Origin: Trichomonas gallinae
Taxonomy: Eukaryota
Assembly (NCBI GenBank): GCA_008369845.1
Contig: MRSU01007699.1
Location: forward strand, 1 to 53,405
Length of the DNA: 53,405 nucleotides
Direction: 5' to 3'
The notes beneath the pieces are model-generated. The model was not told where the DNA came from, ran no database searches, and was given only the letters and a program-made list of their open reading frames with translations. The translations under genes and the position numbers were made by a program. This document shows, piece by piece, positions 44,107-53,405 of the stretch. Each line of letters starts with the position of its first letter. The first letter of the stretch is position 1.

Positions 44107-45663
44107 ATGCTTCATGCGATAAAGAGGAGACTAAAGAAAAGAGAGCGTCGCGAACAACCCGTTCAAAGGGAATCTGTCTGCCTGGAGAGGATATCTAGCA
44201 ACCTTTCTACTCGCGCCGAGCTTGGCGCAGTTTTCGATGAAAAATTAATCGAAAGAGAAAACAGATTAGGTAGATATATCATGATATTGGGACCACACGA
44301 AGTCGCTCCTGATGAACCTTCATTACTTTTTGTTTATCCGTCATGTAATTTTAATTTTGAACACGAATCTTTTAAAAGAGTTGCTCAATTTTGCTACCCG
44401 GTCGGTATGAACATGCCAGTTAAAGAAGACCGCATTATACAAAATCAATTCGTCTTCTGCTTAAATCAAGATAGCTCATTGCTGTTTGGTGTTTGCACAC
44501 ACTTTCATCTTGCCGATGATAACTTTCTGTCTAACTACAAAGGTAAAAACCAGTTTTGCGTATGTACAATGACACCAAATCCTCAAATTTCTGCCATTTT
44601 TGCATTTCACGAATTCATCATCCATTTAATTAGAAAGCGTTATACTTGCCTACCGGCTGATATTGAAATTCCTGATAAACCAGATTCATGGCTGTTTGAC
44701 GAAAAAGATATTGAAAAATTTCAATCTTTCAATCCACCGCTTGCTCCTGTTGCTGATGATAAATTATTCTTCTCACTTAACTCGGATTTCGTACCAGAAG
44801 TCTTATTATCCGCAATTCGCTTAAATTTTCATATTTCAACTGCACGTCCACTTATGCTTTCGCTTGCTCCTGATATCACGATTGTTGTTACAGAACCAGC
44901 ATCAGCTATGTATGGTATAGCTGCAGCTGCCTATGATATATTATTCTCAGCTCTAAATGTTGATAATATAGTAAGATACGTGCGTGCTTTAATGACAGAA
45001 CAAAGAATTATAATACTTGGAAACGATCTGACGTCTGTTTCCATGGTCGCTCTTGCTGGCATGGCAATTTTATCACCAATGAGCTACAAAGGCTCACTTC
45101 TTCCTATTATACCTGATTTACCTGAGATTCTCGACTTCTTAGACTCACCAGTTCCATTCATCTTCGGTGTCATGAATACACCGAATTTCACACAAAGAGA
45201 AATTCCCGAAGATGTTACATTAATAAACTTAATTACTGGCAATATCTCATATCCAGATGTGATGCCACATATGGCTGGTGCTGGAGAATTGCGCAAAACG
45301 CTTAAAAATATGGTTTCAACGAAAGAATTTCGTGCCCCTCATGATCAAGCTTTCATTGAATTTCGCCAAAAGCAAGGACTCCCTATGTTACTCAAAAAGG
45401 ATCTGTTTTTGAAGTACATATTCTCTCGTCGCGAAATTGAAATGACATTTCACGTGTTTAAGCGTTTCAACGAGAAATTCGTGTCTATAGATAAGTTGGC
45501 TGGATGCAGAGTCCGTGATACAACCGACCCTAACAACCCTGCCGTTGGTTTTGTTAAGGAAGCATATATGATTGATGTGTCTACAGAGGATTATGATTTT
45601 GTAGATATGCTTGTTGCCACGCAGACATTCCAAGCTTATGTGGAGACATCTTTCTTTACATAA
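44107..45663 (+). CDS. DENN domain protein (Rab GEF family)
   Basis: uDENN (VAQFCYPVG, FVFCLNQDSSLLFGVC) and core DENN (LFSALNVDNIVRYVRALMTEQRIIIL..LPIIP..FLDSPVPFIFG), with a C-terminal TQTFQAYV. The start is ATG 44083 or 44107. Confidence 0.88.
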   Translation: MLHAIKRRLKKRERREQPVQRESVCLERISSNLSTRAELGAVFDEKLIERENRLGRYIMILGPHEVAPDEPSLLFVYPSCNFNFEHESFKRVAQFCYPVGMNMPVKEDRIIQNQFVFCLNQDSSLLFGVCTHFHLADDNFLSNYKGKNQFCVCTMTPNPQISAIFAFHEFIIHLIRKRYTCLPADIEIPDKPDSWLFDEKDIEKFQSFNPPLAPVADDKLFFSLNSDFVPEVLLSAIRLNFHISTARPLMLSLAPDITIVVTEPASAMYGIAAAAYDILFSALNVDNIVRYVRALMTEQRIIILGNDLTSVSMVALAGMAILSPMSYKGSLLPIIPDLPEILDFLDSPVPFIFGVMNTPNFTQREIPEDVTLINLITGNISYPDVMPHMAGAGELRKTLKNMVSTKEFRAPHDQAFIEFRQKQGLPMLLKKDLFLKYIFSRREIEMTFHVFKRFNEKFVSIDKLAGCRVRDTTDPNNPAVGFVKEAYMIDVSTEDYDFVDMLVATQTFQAYVETSFFT

Positions 45664-46902
45664 ATTTATATTGTTTGTTTTTAGAAATAAAATTATATTC
45701 TGTTTTGTTATTCATTATATCGATATATGCATAATATAATCAATCATTTCATTAAATGCGAAAAAAACGAGGTTGGAAAAATAAGTTTATCAAAATAAAT
45801 GGAATATGCAAATATCATTTAAAGGAAATGAATATATATGCTACAACATTTAACATTTTATTGTTTGTATGTACTCTTATTCAACAGATAAATTAGTTTA
45901 TCATATGGAATGAAAAATGACAACGAATATGATTAAAACGTAATTGGTATTCGAATTGTGTTATATAAATGGTAAAGGAACTTGAATGCCGTCAGGTTTT
46001 TTTCTATTTTGATTCTTTGATTGATAATAATGAAGAAATCTGATTAATAAGTATCCAATATGAATATTTGATTGTACATTAATGGTCAAGTTGAGCGTTC
46101 TTCGTTCATTTCTCAAGAATTAAAATAAATTATAAAAAAATTAAGCTATTATGCAAAATTTCATTAGATTTCAAGGTGTAGTAACATAAAATTATCAAAT
46201 TTCGATACCAAATAAGCCAGCTGCGTCAAAATAATATCGATGCCATTTGACTTTTTTCGAAATTCTGATTTTTTCAATTCATCTTTTCTATAGTTTACAA
46301 AAAATGTACTCCAAAAAAATTTAATCATGTTTTTATTATATTTGCATGTTAATTATAATATTGATAATAATCATTTTTTCCTAAAAAAATTAAATCTTAA
46401 TTTTATTATAATAATGTGTTAATTCATATAAAGATCTTAAATATTTGTAAAACAATGCGTTTTCTATAGTTTTATGGGTGATTTTTGAAGATATTCCATT
46501 AAAAATGATGTCAGTCTTAAGATGTTAACGAATATGCAAGATAAATTCGATTTCACACATCTTTATATTTTTAAGAAAAATTCTTTCAAAATTTTCCAAA
46601 AAAATTAATCGATTTAAATATATCCCGGTTAATGCTTATAGTCACCGAATATATCTACCATTTGCAAAAATAATTGACCAGATAAAACTGATCGCGGCAC
46701 ATTATTCAAATTATTCTGGCACTTTTCACATCTTCTCCTAAAACACCAAAATATTATCTTATATGCTCAAAAGAATATATTTTCAACTTTTTATCTCGTT
46801 ATCAAAATTTTTTGTTCGGAAAAAGATTCATAAAACATGTCCTAGATATCGAAATATAAAATTTTTGAATTTGTAATTTTTTCTTAGTTATTTTTTTTTT
46901 AG

Positions 46903-49011
46903 ATGGAGCCGCGCCTCATCTCTCGAGACATTGATCTCCAAAATGGAGAACCCGAAGCCAAAAGACAAGAAATCCTGAAGTACTTCCAGCAGACTTGGGA
47001 GCTCGATGAGATGGTTTATTCCCAATTAAAATCTGATGAGATCTTCTATCACCGTGGTGACCCATTAAGGCATGTTATCATCTTCTACTATGGCCATACA
47101 GCATCATTTTATATCAACAAGATGATGCTCGCTAAGATGATTGATCACAGGATTAAGCCAGAGTTCGAATCAATCTTCGCGATCGGCGTCGATGAAATGT
47201 CATGGGATGACCTTAACAACAAGCACTACAACTGGCCATCAGTCGACGACTGCCGCAAATTCAGAGCCGAAGTCAAGGAATTGGTTGAGAACTACATCAA
47301 GACAGCACCATTAACGATGCCAATCACATGGAACAACCCATTCTGGGTCATCATTATGGGTATCGAGCACGCCAGAATCCACATCGAAACATCATCTCTT
47401 CTCTTAAGGCAGTTGCCTATTGACGAGCTCGTCCCAGGCAGGTTTGGCAAGATCTGCACTGAATATGGCGAAGCATTACACAACGAACTCCTCAACGTTC
47501 CAGGTGGAAAGGTCCGCCTCGGCAAGGACTTTAACCATCCACTCTACGGTTGGGATAATGAATACGGATTCCATGAGGAAGAAGTAAAGGAATTCAAGGC
47601 ATCAAAGTACCTTGTCTCCAATGGCGAATATCTTGAATTTATCAAGGCCGGCGGCTATCAAAATCAGAAATACTGGACAGAAGAAGGTTGGAACTGGAAG
47701 ACATACAAGAAGGCTGAGATGCCACTCTTCTGGATCAAGGAGGGAGAAAATTACAAACTCAGACTCGTCGCTGAGATCATTCCAATGCCATGGAACTGGC
47801 CAGTCGAGATCAACTACCTCGAAGCTAAGGCTTTCACAAACTGGAAGGCCGAAGCAACAGGAAAGAAGATCAGGCTTCCAACAGAAGCTGAATGGATGAG
47901 ACTCTACGAGCACTGCGGCATCAAGGACATCCTCGAGTGGACATCTTGCCCAGGTAACCTCAACTTCGAGCACTACATGTCAACATGTCCAATCAACAAG
48001 TTCGCATTCGGCGAGTTCTACGATGTCATTGGCAACGCATGGCAGTGGACAGAGACACCAATCACAGGCTACCACGGATTCAAGGTTCATCCAATTTATG
48101 ATGACTTTACAACACCAACAATCGATGGCAAGCATAACCTCTTCAAGGGTGGCGCATGGCTCTCATCCGGTAATGAGGCAACAAAGTACGCTCGTTACGC
48201 ATTCAGACGCCATTTCTACCAAGTTGCAGGCATCAGATACGTCGAATCAGAGCAGGACGTTGTTATCCACAACAACGAGTACGAAACTGAGCCGGATGTC
48301 ACAGTTTCATGTGAATTTAACTATGGCGACAAATTCGAAAAGAATCCACTTCTCCCAACATTCTACTCCCAGTTAAAGAAGCTCGTTCTCGATCTTACAA
48401 ACGGCAAGGGCATCAAGAGAGTCCTTGACTTGAACGCTGACACTGGCCGCCTCGCATTCGAACTTGCACCACACTTCGAGCACATCACAGCCCTCGATTT
48501 CAGCGCTAGATTCCTCAAGTTCGCTATTGCCCTCCAGGAGAGAGGCTGCGCAAGGTACATGTTCAAGGATGAAGGTGAACTTGTTCATTATCGTGATGTC
48601 GTCCTCAAGCAATACGAATTGAACAAGACAGATAACATCCTCTTCATGCAGGCTGATGCCCACAATATTAAGCCAATCTACACAGGCTATGATTTGGTTA
48701 TTATTCCAAATCTCCTCGAAGAGCTTATCTACCCACGCAAGGTTCTTTCTGAAATCCACACAAGAATGAACCCAGGTGCAACACTCATCATTTCATCAGA
48801 TTACGAATGGGATTCAAACATTTGCCGCGAACCACTTGGTGGCTTCAAGAAGGATGGCGAACCAGTCACATCTCTTGACGGCCTCAAGGAAGTTCTTAAG
48901 CCACACTTCGAATTAGTTGAACAGCCACACGAAATCTCATTCTTGATCAAGAAGTCATCTCGCGTTTCTGAATTCAGAAGAGCTGAGGTTACTGTCTGGA
49001 AGCTCAAGTAA
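46903..49011 (+). CDS. ovoA: 5-histidylcysteine sulfoxide synthase / methyltransferase (ovothiol biosynthesis enzyme)
   Basis: DinB-like domain with LRHVIIFYYGHTA, FAIGVDEMSWDDL and the iron motif HX3HXE (EHARIHIETSS). FGE-sulfatase-like domain (YGWDNEYG, RLPTEAEW, GNAWQW, HPIYDDFTTPT, RYAFRRHFYQ). C-terminal SAM methyltransferase (VLDLNADTGRLAFELA, LDFSARF, FMQADA). Confidence 0.93.
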   Translation: MEPRLISRDIDLQNGEPEAKRQEILKYFQQTWELDEMVYSQLKSDEIFYHRGDPLRHVIIFYYGHTASFYINKMMLAKMIDHRIKPEFESIFAIGVDEMSWDDLNNKHYNWPSVDDCRKFRAEVKELVENYIKTAPLTMPITWNNPFWVIIMGIEHARIHIETSSLLLRQLPIDELVPGRFGKICTEYGEALHNELLNVPGGKVRLGKDFNHPLYGWDNEYGFHEEEVKEFKASKYLVSNGEYLEFIKAGGYQNQKYWTEEGWNWKTYKKAEMPLFWIKEGENYKLRLVAEIIPMPWNWPVEINYLEAKAFTNWKAEATGKKIRLPTEAEWMRLYEHCGIKDILEWTSCPGNLNFEHYMSTCPINKFAFGEFYDVIGNAWQWTETPITGYHGFKVHPIYDDFTTPTIDGKHNLFKGGAWLSSGNEATKYARYAFRRHFYQVAGIRYVESEQDVVIHNNEYETEPDVTVSCEFNYGDKFEKNPLLPTFYSQLKKLVLDLTNGKGIKRVLDLNADTGRLAFELAPHFEHITALDFSARFLKFAIALQERGCARYMFKDEGELVHYRDVVLKQYELNKTDNILFMQADAHNIKPIYTGYDLVIIPNLLEELIYPRKVLSEIHTRMNPGATLIISSDYEWDSNICREPLGGFKKDGEPVTSLDGLKEVLKPHFELVEQPHEISFLIKKSSRVSEFRRAEVTVWKLK

Positions 49012-49614
49012 TTTTAATGAAGTGAATTTAATTTATTAATTTCACCACTGGCGGAAAAGTGGAATCTATCATATTAACTATTTTATTTTTAGATTAAAAT
49101 GATTTTATCTTTTTCTATTAAGTTCAAATTTTTCTTTTCCATAAATTTGTATCATTTGAGAGCTGAGCTCATTCAATATGACAAAACAAACTATGTTATT
49201 TGTTAATTCTATCTTTTAAATGATACAAAACTCCCATAATATAATGAAATATTAACAAATATTCATTAAATTTTGCTCAAATTCTGTATATGGAGCATTA
49301 AAGACAAGTATATATTTGCTCTAATGAGTGTCTATAGGTCGTTTTGCTCTAAGTGCGTGATTTTCAAAATGTAGAAAGTGTAGTAAAAATTGTACAAAAA
49401 ATAACTTAAAATTTAATTTTTTCATGTTTAAAACGATAAAATTATGAAAATATATAATGAATTTTACAGTATATTATGAGTTATTCATATATTTGATCTG
49501 AAATCATTTTTTTCTATGAAAATTCATGAAATTTTGATTATAATTATGTATAAAAACACTAGTAATATCAATATATTTGCTCAATGAAACATTTTAGTTC
49601 ATTAAATATTAAGA

Positions 49615-51144
49615 ATGTTGAATGGACCTGATGAAGCAATTGAATTTTTAAGGAATTTAACGGATGAAAGTTTAATGGAAGCATTAGTTTCCGGATTGAA
49701 GTTCGATCAAATGATAGATGTGCAGCTGAAAGCAGATCACAAAGTTAATTTTTCTTCAACTTTGCTAAATATTGCAGCAAGGTATAATTTCACACAAAGT
49801 ATTCAAGTTTTGTTGAACAATGGAGCTAATATTAACCAAATAGATGCAAATGAATTCAATGCTCTTGATTTTTCATCTTCAGCATTCGATAATGATGCAA
49901 CAGTACTATTATTGATTAAAGGTTGCCATGTAAATGACTCACAAATGCTTGCTAACTTGTTAAATATGGATGATGCCATTGAAAGATTAACTTTGTTTTT
50001 GATTTATAGTGAAAAACCATCGAATTTGTTAAAATCAGCAAAAGAAAGGAATAATACACAAATAAATATGATCATTGATAGATGTTCCTCTGATTCAAAT
50101 AATTGTTTTAAAGTAGTTTCAAATTATTTTTTGATGAAAACGCCAAAATGGAGCTCAGAGTTTAACCAGTTTACTACAATGTTTGAAAGAATTGAATTTT
50201 TAATGGAAGAAATAGACAATATCAAGCGTCCTGATGCGCAAAATTTAAAACAATCAATATCAAATTTAATAGACAAAATCAATCGTTTATCAAAGCATCT
50301 CAATGATACCAACATGATGTTTAGCGAAAAGAAGCAAAGATTTGTTGAATATCTTCCATTTTGCGAAAAATCGGTTCTAAAGATAAGTGAAGCCTTTCAA
50401 ATAATGGAAAATTCAAGTTTAATGCACAAATATGCAATGAAATTTGAAATAAATCCATATATTCATTGCGCAATTTATTGCGTAAAATATAACAATATTG
50501 ATCAGTGCAAACAGTTTTTATTCAATCAATTGTCACAAATAAAACGGTCAATAGAAAACATTCCTAAATTTGATGACATATTAAAGGAAATGAAAGAAAA
50601 ATTCAATGAAATTGGACAAACTTTTAGTGTTACAACTTGCTTACATATCAATAATCTTAGAAACCATTTAGAGGAATTTATTCCCGAAATTGTTTTTAAT
50701 CAAACACTTGGAAATTTCATAGAATTTCAGATTTCAGGGAATATTACGAAAACTGAACAATTCATGTTCGACACGACAGATATTGATATAGCAATAGCAA
50801 ATCTCCGTGTTGCAGTGTTAAGATCACAATGGAAATTCTCAAAAGCAAAAAATGATGAAAACTTAAAGGCAAATAACTACCACAAGCTCACAGAATATGC
50901 AAATCTATGTGAAAACAATGAACATTTGAAGAAACAACTTCACGATTTCGAATCTTTCCCATCAAGTTGTCCTTATTGCAGGAATCATGTCGCATCATAT
51001 ATATGTCCATATTGCAATGCTTTAATTTGCTGCAACAATTGCAAAGACTCAATAAATACTTGCAAATATTGCAACTGTTCAATAAAAGATGCCATTAAGA
51101 TCAACAAAACATGCTACTTTGGCTTCGATGGCAACAAAATGTAA
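49615..51144 (+). CDS. Ankyrin-repeat + coiled-coil + C-terminal RING-type zinc finger protein (putative E3 ligase)
   Basis: N-terminal ankyrin (TLLNIAARYN..LLNNGANINQID) and C-terminal CPYC..CPYCNALICCNNC..CKYC. Confidence 0.7.
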   Translation: MLNGPDEAIEFLRNLTDESLMEALVSGLKFDQMIDVQLKADHKVNFSSTLLNIAARYNFTQSIQVLLNNGANINQIDANEFNALDFSSSAFDNDATVLLLIKGCHVNDSQMLANLLNMDDAIERLTLFLIYSEKPSNLLKSAKERNNTQINMIIDRCSSDSNNCFKVVSNYFLMKTPKWSSEFNQFTTMFERIEFLMEEIDNIKRPDAQNLKQSISNLIDKINRLSKHLNDTNMMFSEKKQRFVEYLPFCEKSVLKISEAFQIMENSSLMHKYAMKFEINPYIHCAIYCVKYNNIDQCKQFLFNQLSQIKRSIENIPKFDDILKEMKEKFNEIGQTFSVTTCLHINNLRNHLEEFIPEIVFNQTLGNFIEFQISGNITKTEQFMFDTTDIDIAIANLRVAVLRSQWKFSKAKNDENLKANNYHKLTEYANLCENNEHLKKQLHDFESFPSSCPYCRNHVASYICPYCNALICCNNCKDSINTCKYCNCSIKDAIKINKTCYFGFDGNKM

Positions 51145-51593
51145 ATGATCAAAAATTTTCATGCATAGAATCAATAATTTTATTTAAGCTACATTCATGA
51201 TCTTATTGCAACTGATTACAAAATGTTATATACAGTTGAGCAAATTTTATCGCAACTGATAGCTAGCTGAGTGTTTGAATTTAGTTGCAATACTCAATAT
51301 TATATTTCTTTAAGAAGCATATATTTTATTTATATAAAAGAATACACGGCTTTAATTATTGCTTCAGGATTTGAACATCATCAAATTTTCAAATACATTC
51401 GGCCTAGTATGTGATATATGATGTATTAAGTGGGCTAATATGCAAACAGAAATCTCATGAACAATAATCTGAATTTGATTTTCGTTATTACAAGTATTTA
51501 TGCGAAAAAACTCAGGAAAATAACATCTCTGAATAACAAATTATTCATGGACCTTCTTATTAATATCGAAAAGATAAAAATACAATTATTTGA

Positions 51594-51638
51594 TTTACAT
51601 GACAAATAATTTTACATGTCAAATTAATTTACATGACA
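51594..51638 (+). repeat. TTTACATG(A/T)CA triplet upstream of the GT-like gene
   Basis: Copies at 51594, 51611 and 51628 (17-bp period), about 75 nt before ATG 51713. Confidence 0.8.
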
Positions 51639-51712
51639 TTTTTTTAAAAATCTTTTTTAATAGTAGCATTCGTTTCTTTATTGTATCACGAAAATAAATC
51701 CATAAAAGTTAA

Positions 51713-52909
51713 ATGTATAAACGTTATGATAAAGTTGGGATATATCGGTTCTATATAAAACCGCGACGAAAACGACACTATCACATATTTCATATGCTCA
51801 TGATACTATTTAGCATACTTTACATGCTATATAACCTGTTAAAAGTACAAATCGAAATAATTCCTCTGTTTTCTCAAGTTCCTGCGCGATATACATTCGA
51901 TATTAACGATTCAATGGCAATAATGAATGCATTAATGAATGATTACGTTCCAAATCATAAGTGTGTGAAATGCAGAATTCGTCCACAAAGCAAAATCGAT
52001 ACTTCAACGCCCAGAGATGTCGCAATGACGACATTTATCGTCCAGGGTTCAGGAACAGTCATGTTAGCGAAAAATGTGCGAACTTTTACAAAAGCTACAT
52101 TTCTGATCTTCACAGACGATGATGGATATAATAATATCGATAATGCATCAAAGAAATACATAAATAACTGCGGAGGACTGATTGTTAATGTGCATAGCTC
52201 AGATATTACTGATGATTTCTTTTTCGCGCGATACAAAACGAAAATCAACATGTATCACTCGTTCATGCAAAGATTTTACGCCCATGTGAATAGAGTAGCG
52301 TATTTTGATAGCCAAGACTTTCTTTTTCAAGATATAATTTTTAATGAAGATGAAGAATACTCTTCAGGCTTAACACTATTTCCAGAGAGAAATAAACTAA
52401 AAATGCTCCACGAATTAGAGGAAATTAAACAAAAAACTCAAGATTCTGGTGGAATCGATCCACAAATTATTGGTGAGAAAGGAGTAATCAACGGATGCTG
52501 TGGTGCTGGAGTATCACCATATGTCGCACTGCTGTTTGACTTAGTTATAAAGGATTTGAACCATTATCACATGATTACAGACCAATCGATGATGGCATAT
52601 TATGCATACAACGATTTCATTCCTGACTTGAAGTTACACTACGACGGCATGGCAATGATCGACCAGACGCCACTCCATACTTCCGTGCTTGGCCAGATAA
52701 GGGAAAAGAATGAAACCTTGGTGACGAGAGGCAAGTTTAAGTGGCTGCATCATATCAATCACAGACAAGACGCTGATGTGATGCTTGGATTCTACAGGCA
52801 CTGCCAGAGGGATGATTACAACGTGAAAAACTACTTCAACGGACTCTCTGATGAAGAATTAGAAGCTTATGATAAGAAATTCGGATTTTTCATTCACAAA
52901 AGCAGATAA
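51713..52909 (+). CDS. Type II membrane protein, putative GT-A-fold glycosyltransferase (Trichomonas expanded family)
   Basis: Basic N-terminus plus a single TM (IFHMLMILFSILYMLY), then RVAYFDSQDFLFQ (DxxD-type), INGCCG, ITDQ and LHH in the order typical of GT-A folds. Confidence 0.55.
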   Translation: MYKRYDKVGIYRFYIKPRRKRHYHIFHMLMILFSILYMLYNLLKVQIEIIPLFSQVPARYTFDINDSMAIMNALMNDYVPNHKCVKCRIRPQSKIDTSTPRDVAMTTFIVQGSGTVMLAKNVRTFTKATFLIFTDDDGYNNIDNASKKYINNCGGLIVNVHSSDITDDFFFARYKTKINMYHSFMQRFYAHVNRVAYFDSQDFLFQDIIFNEDEEYSSGLTLFPERNKLKMLHELEEIKQKTQDSGGIDPQIIGEKGVINGCCGAGVSPYVALLFDLVIKDLNHYHMITDQSMMAYYAYNDFIPDLKLHYDGMAMIDQTPLHTSVLGQIREKNETLVTRGKFKWLHHINHRQDADVMLGFYRHCQRDDYNVKNYFNGLSDEELEAYDKKFGFFIHKSR

Positions 52910-53405
52910 CTTTTGTTTTTCATTTTTTTTGTTTGTTTTATGTTTTATTTATGTAAATAGATTCAGCAGAAAACTGAAAAATCTCCATTACGCTCAGATT
53001 GTATATTAAGATATTTTGAAATTGTCATTTTGGCTTCATTCCATTTGCAATAGCTTTTGTTTGCTAAATATAATAGTTATAGGATCTATAAATTACTGAA
53101 TAATTAATTTAAATGTGAATTTTGATTTAAAGTGAATTCGCCGTTTTTAGCGAAGCCAGGCGATTACACTCTTGCATCTAGAATAAAGGAAACGAATTAA
53201 CAATAATTGATATTCATAGTATTTTTATAAAAATAGAATCTCATTCTAAGACATATCTCATTTAATTCAATTTAGATTGAATTAAGGATGTCGCAAGGTA
53301 ACCCAAGGGGGAAAAGTGGGTTACTAGTGGGTTACCTGTCAAAAATACGTTTTTAAACAATTTCCTTTGTTTTATCTGATACAAGCACTTTGAATCAATT
53401 TTAAA

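Noticed and set aside
46880..46905. Poly-T + AG immediately before the ovoA ATG, resembling a (trans-)splice acceptor
   Set aside because: There is no branch motif, T-rich leaders are common in this window, and SL trans-splicing is not established in trichomonads.

Overview
AT-rich, gene-dense eukaryotic DNA with no introns that I could detect. It is almost certainly from a trichomonad (Trichomonas vaginalis or a close relative). The evidence is a PPi-dependent PFK closely resembling the T. vaginalis enzyme, DUF3447-ankyrin, BspA-like and Pmp-like family members, a Tim17/22/23-like protein, Inr (TCAYW) and AAAGTGAC promoter motifs, and TAAA stop/poly(A) signals. About 20 apparently intact genes are present: importin-like, SPCS2, PPi-PFK, long-chain acyl-CoA synthetase, zf-C3Hc3H protein, two coiled-coil proteins, Sds3-like, metallophosphoesterase, dPGM, a catalytically dead metacaspase, a membrane subtilisin, a repeat surface protein, Tim17/22/23, a 2198-aa UBL-UBA-Myb-repeat protein, Pmp, DENN, OvoA, ankyrin-RING and a GT-like protein. 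There are also four disrupted loci: two ankyrin remnants, a BspA and a frameshifted RibD-cupin fusion. Highlights: (1) a complete, host-codon-adapted ovothiol synthase (OvoA) in a microaerophile; (2) a TTACATG(A/T)CA motif arrayed in at least six intergenic regions, often at ~20-21 or ~30-32 bp spacing; (3) a divergent promoter bounded by identical 17-bp TGACA palindrome-containing elements; (4) further promoter-specific tandem motif arrays; (5) several bacterial-like genes. All calls come from reading the sequence and recalling family motifs. No searches were run.
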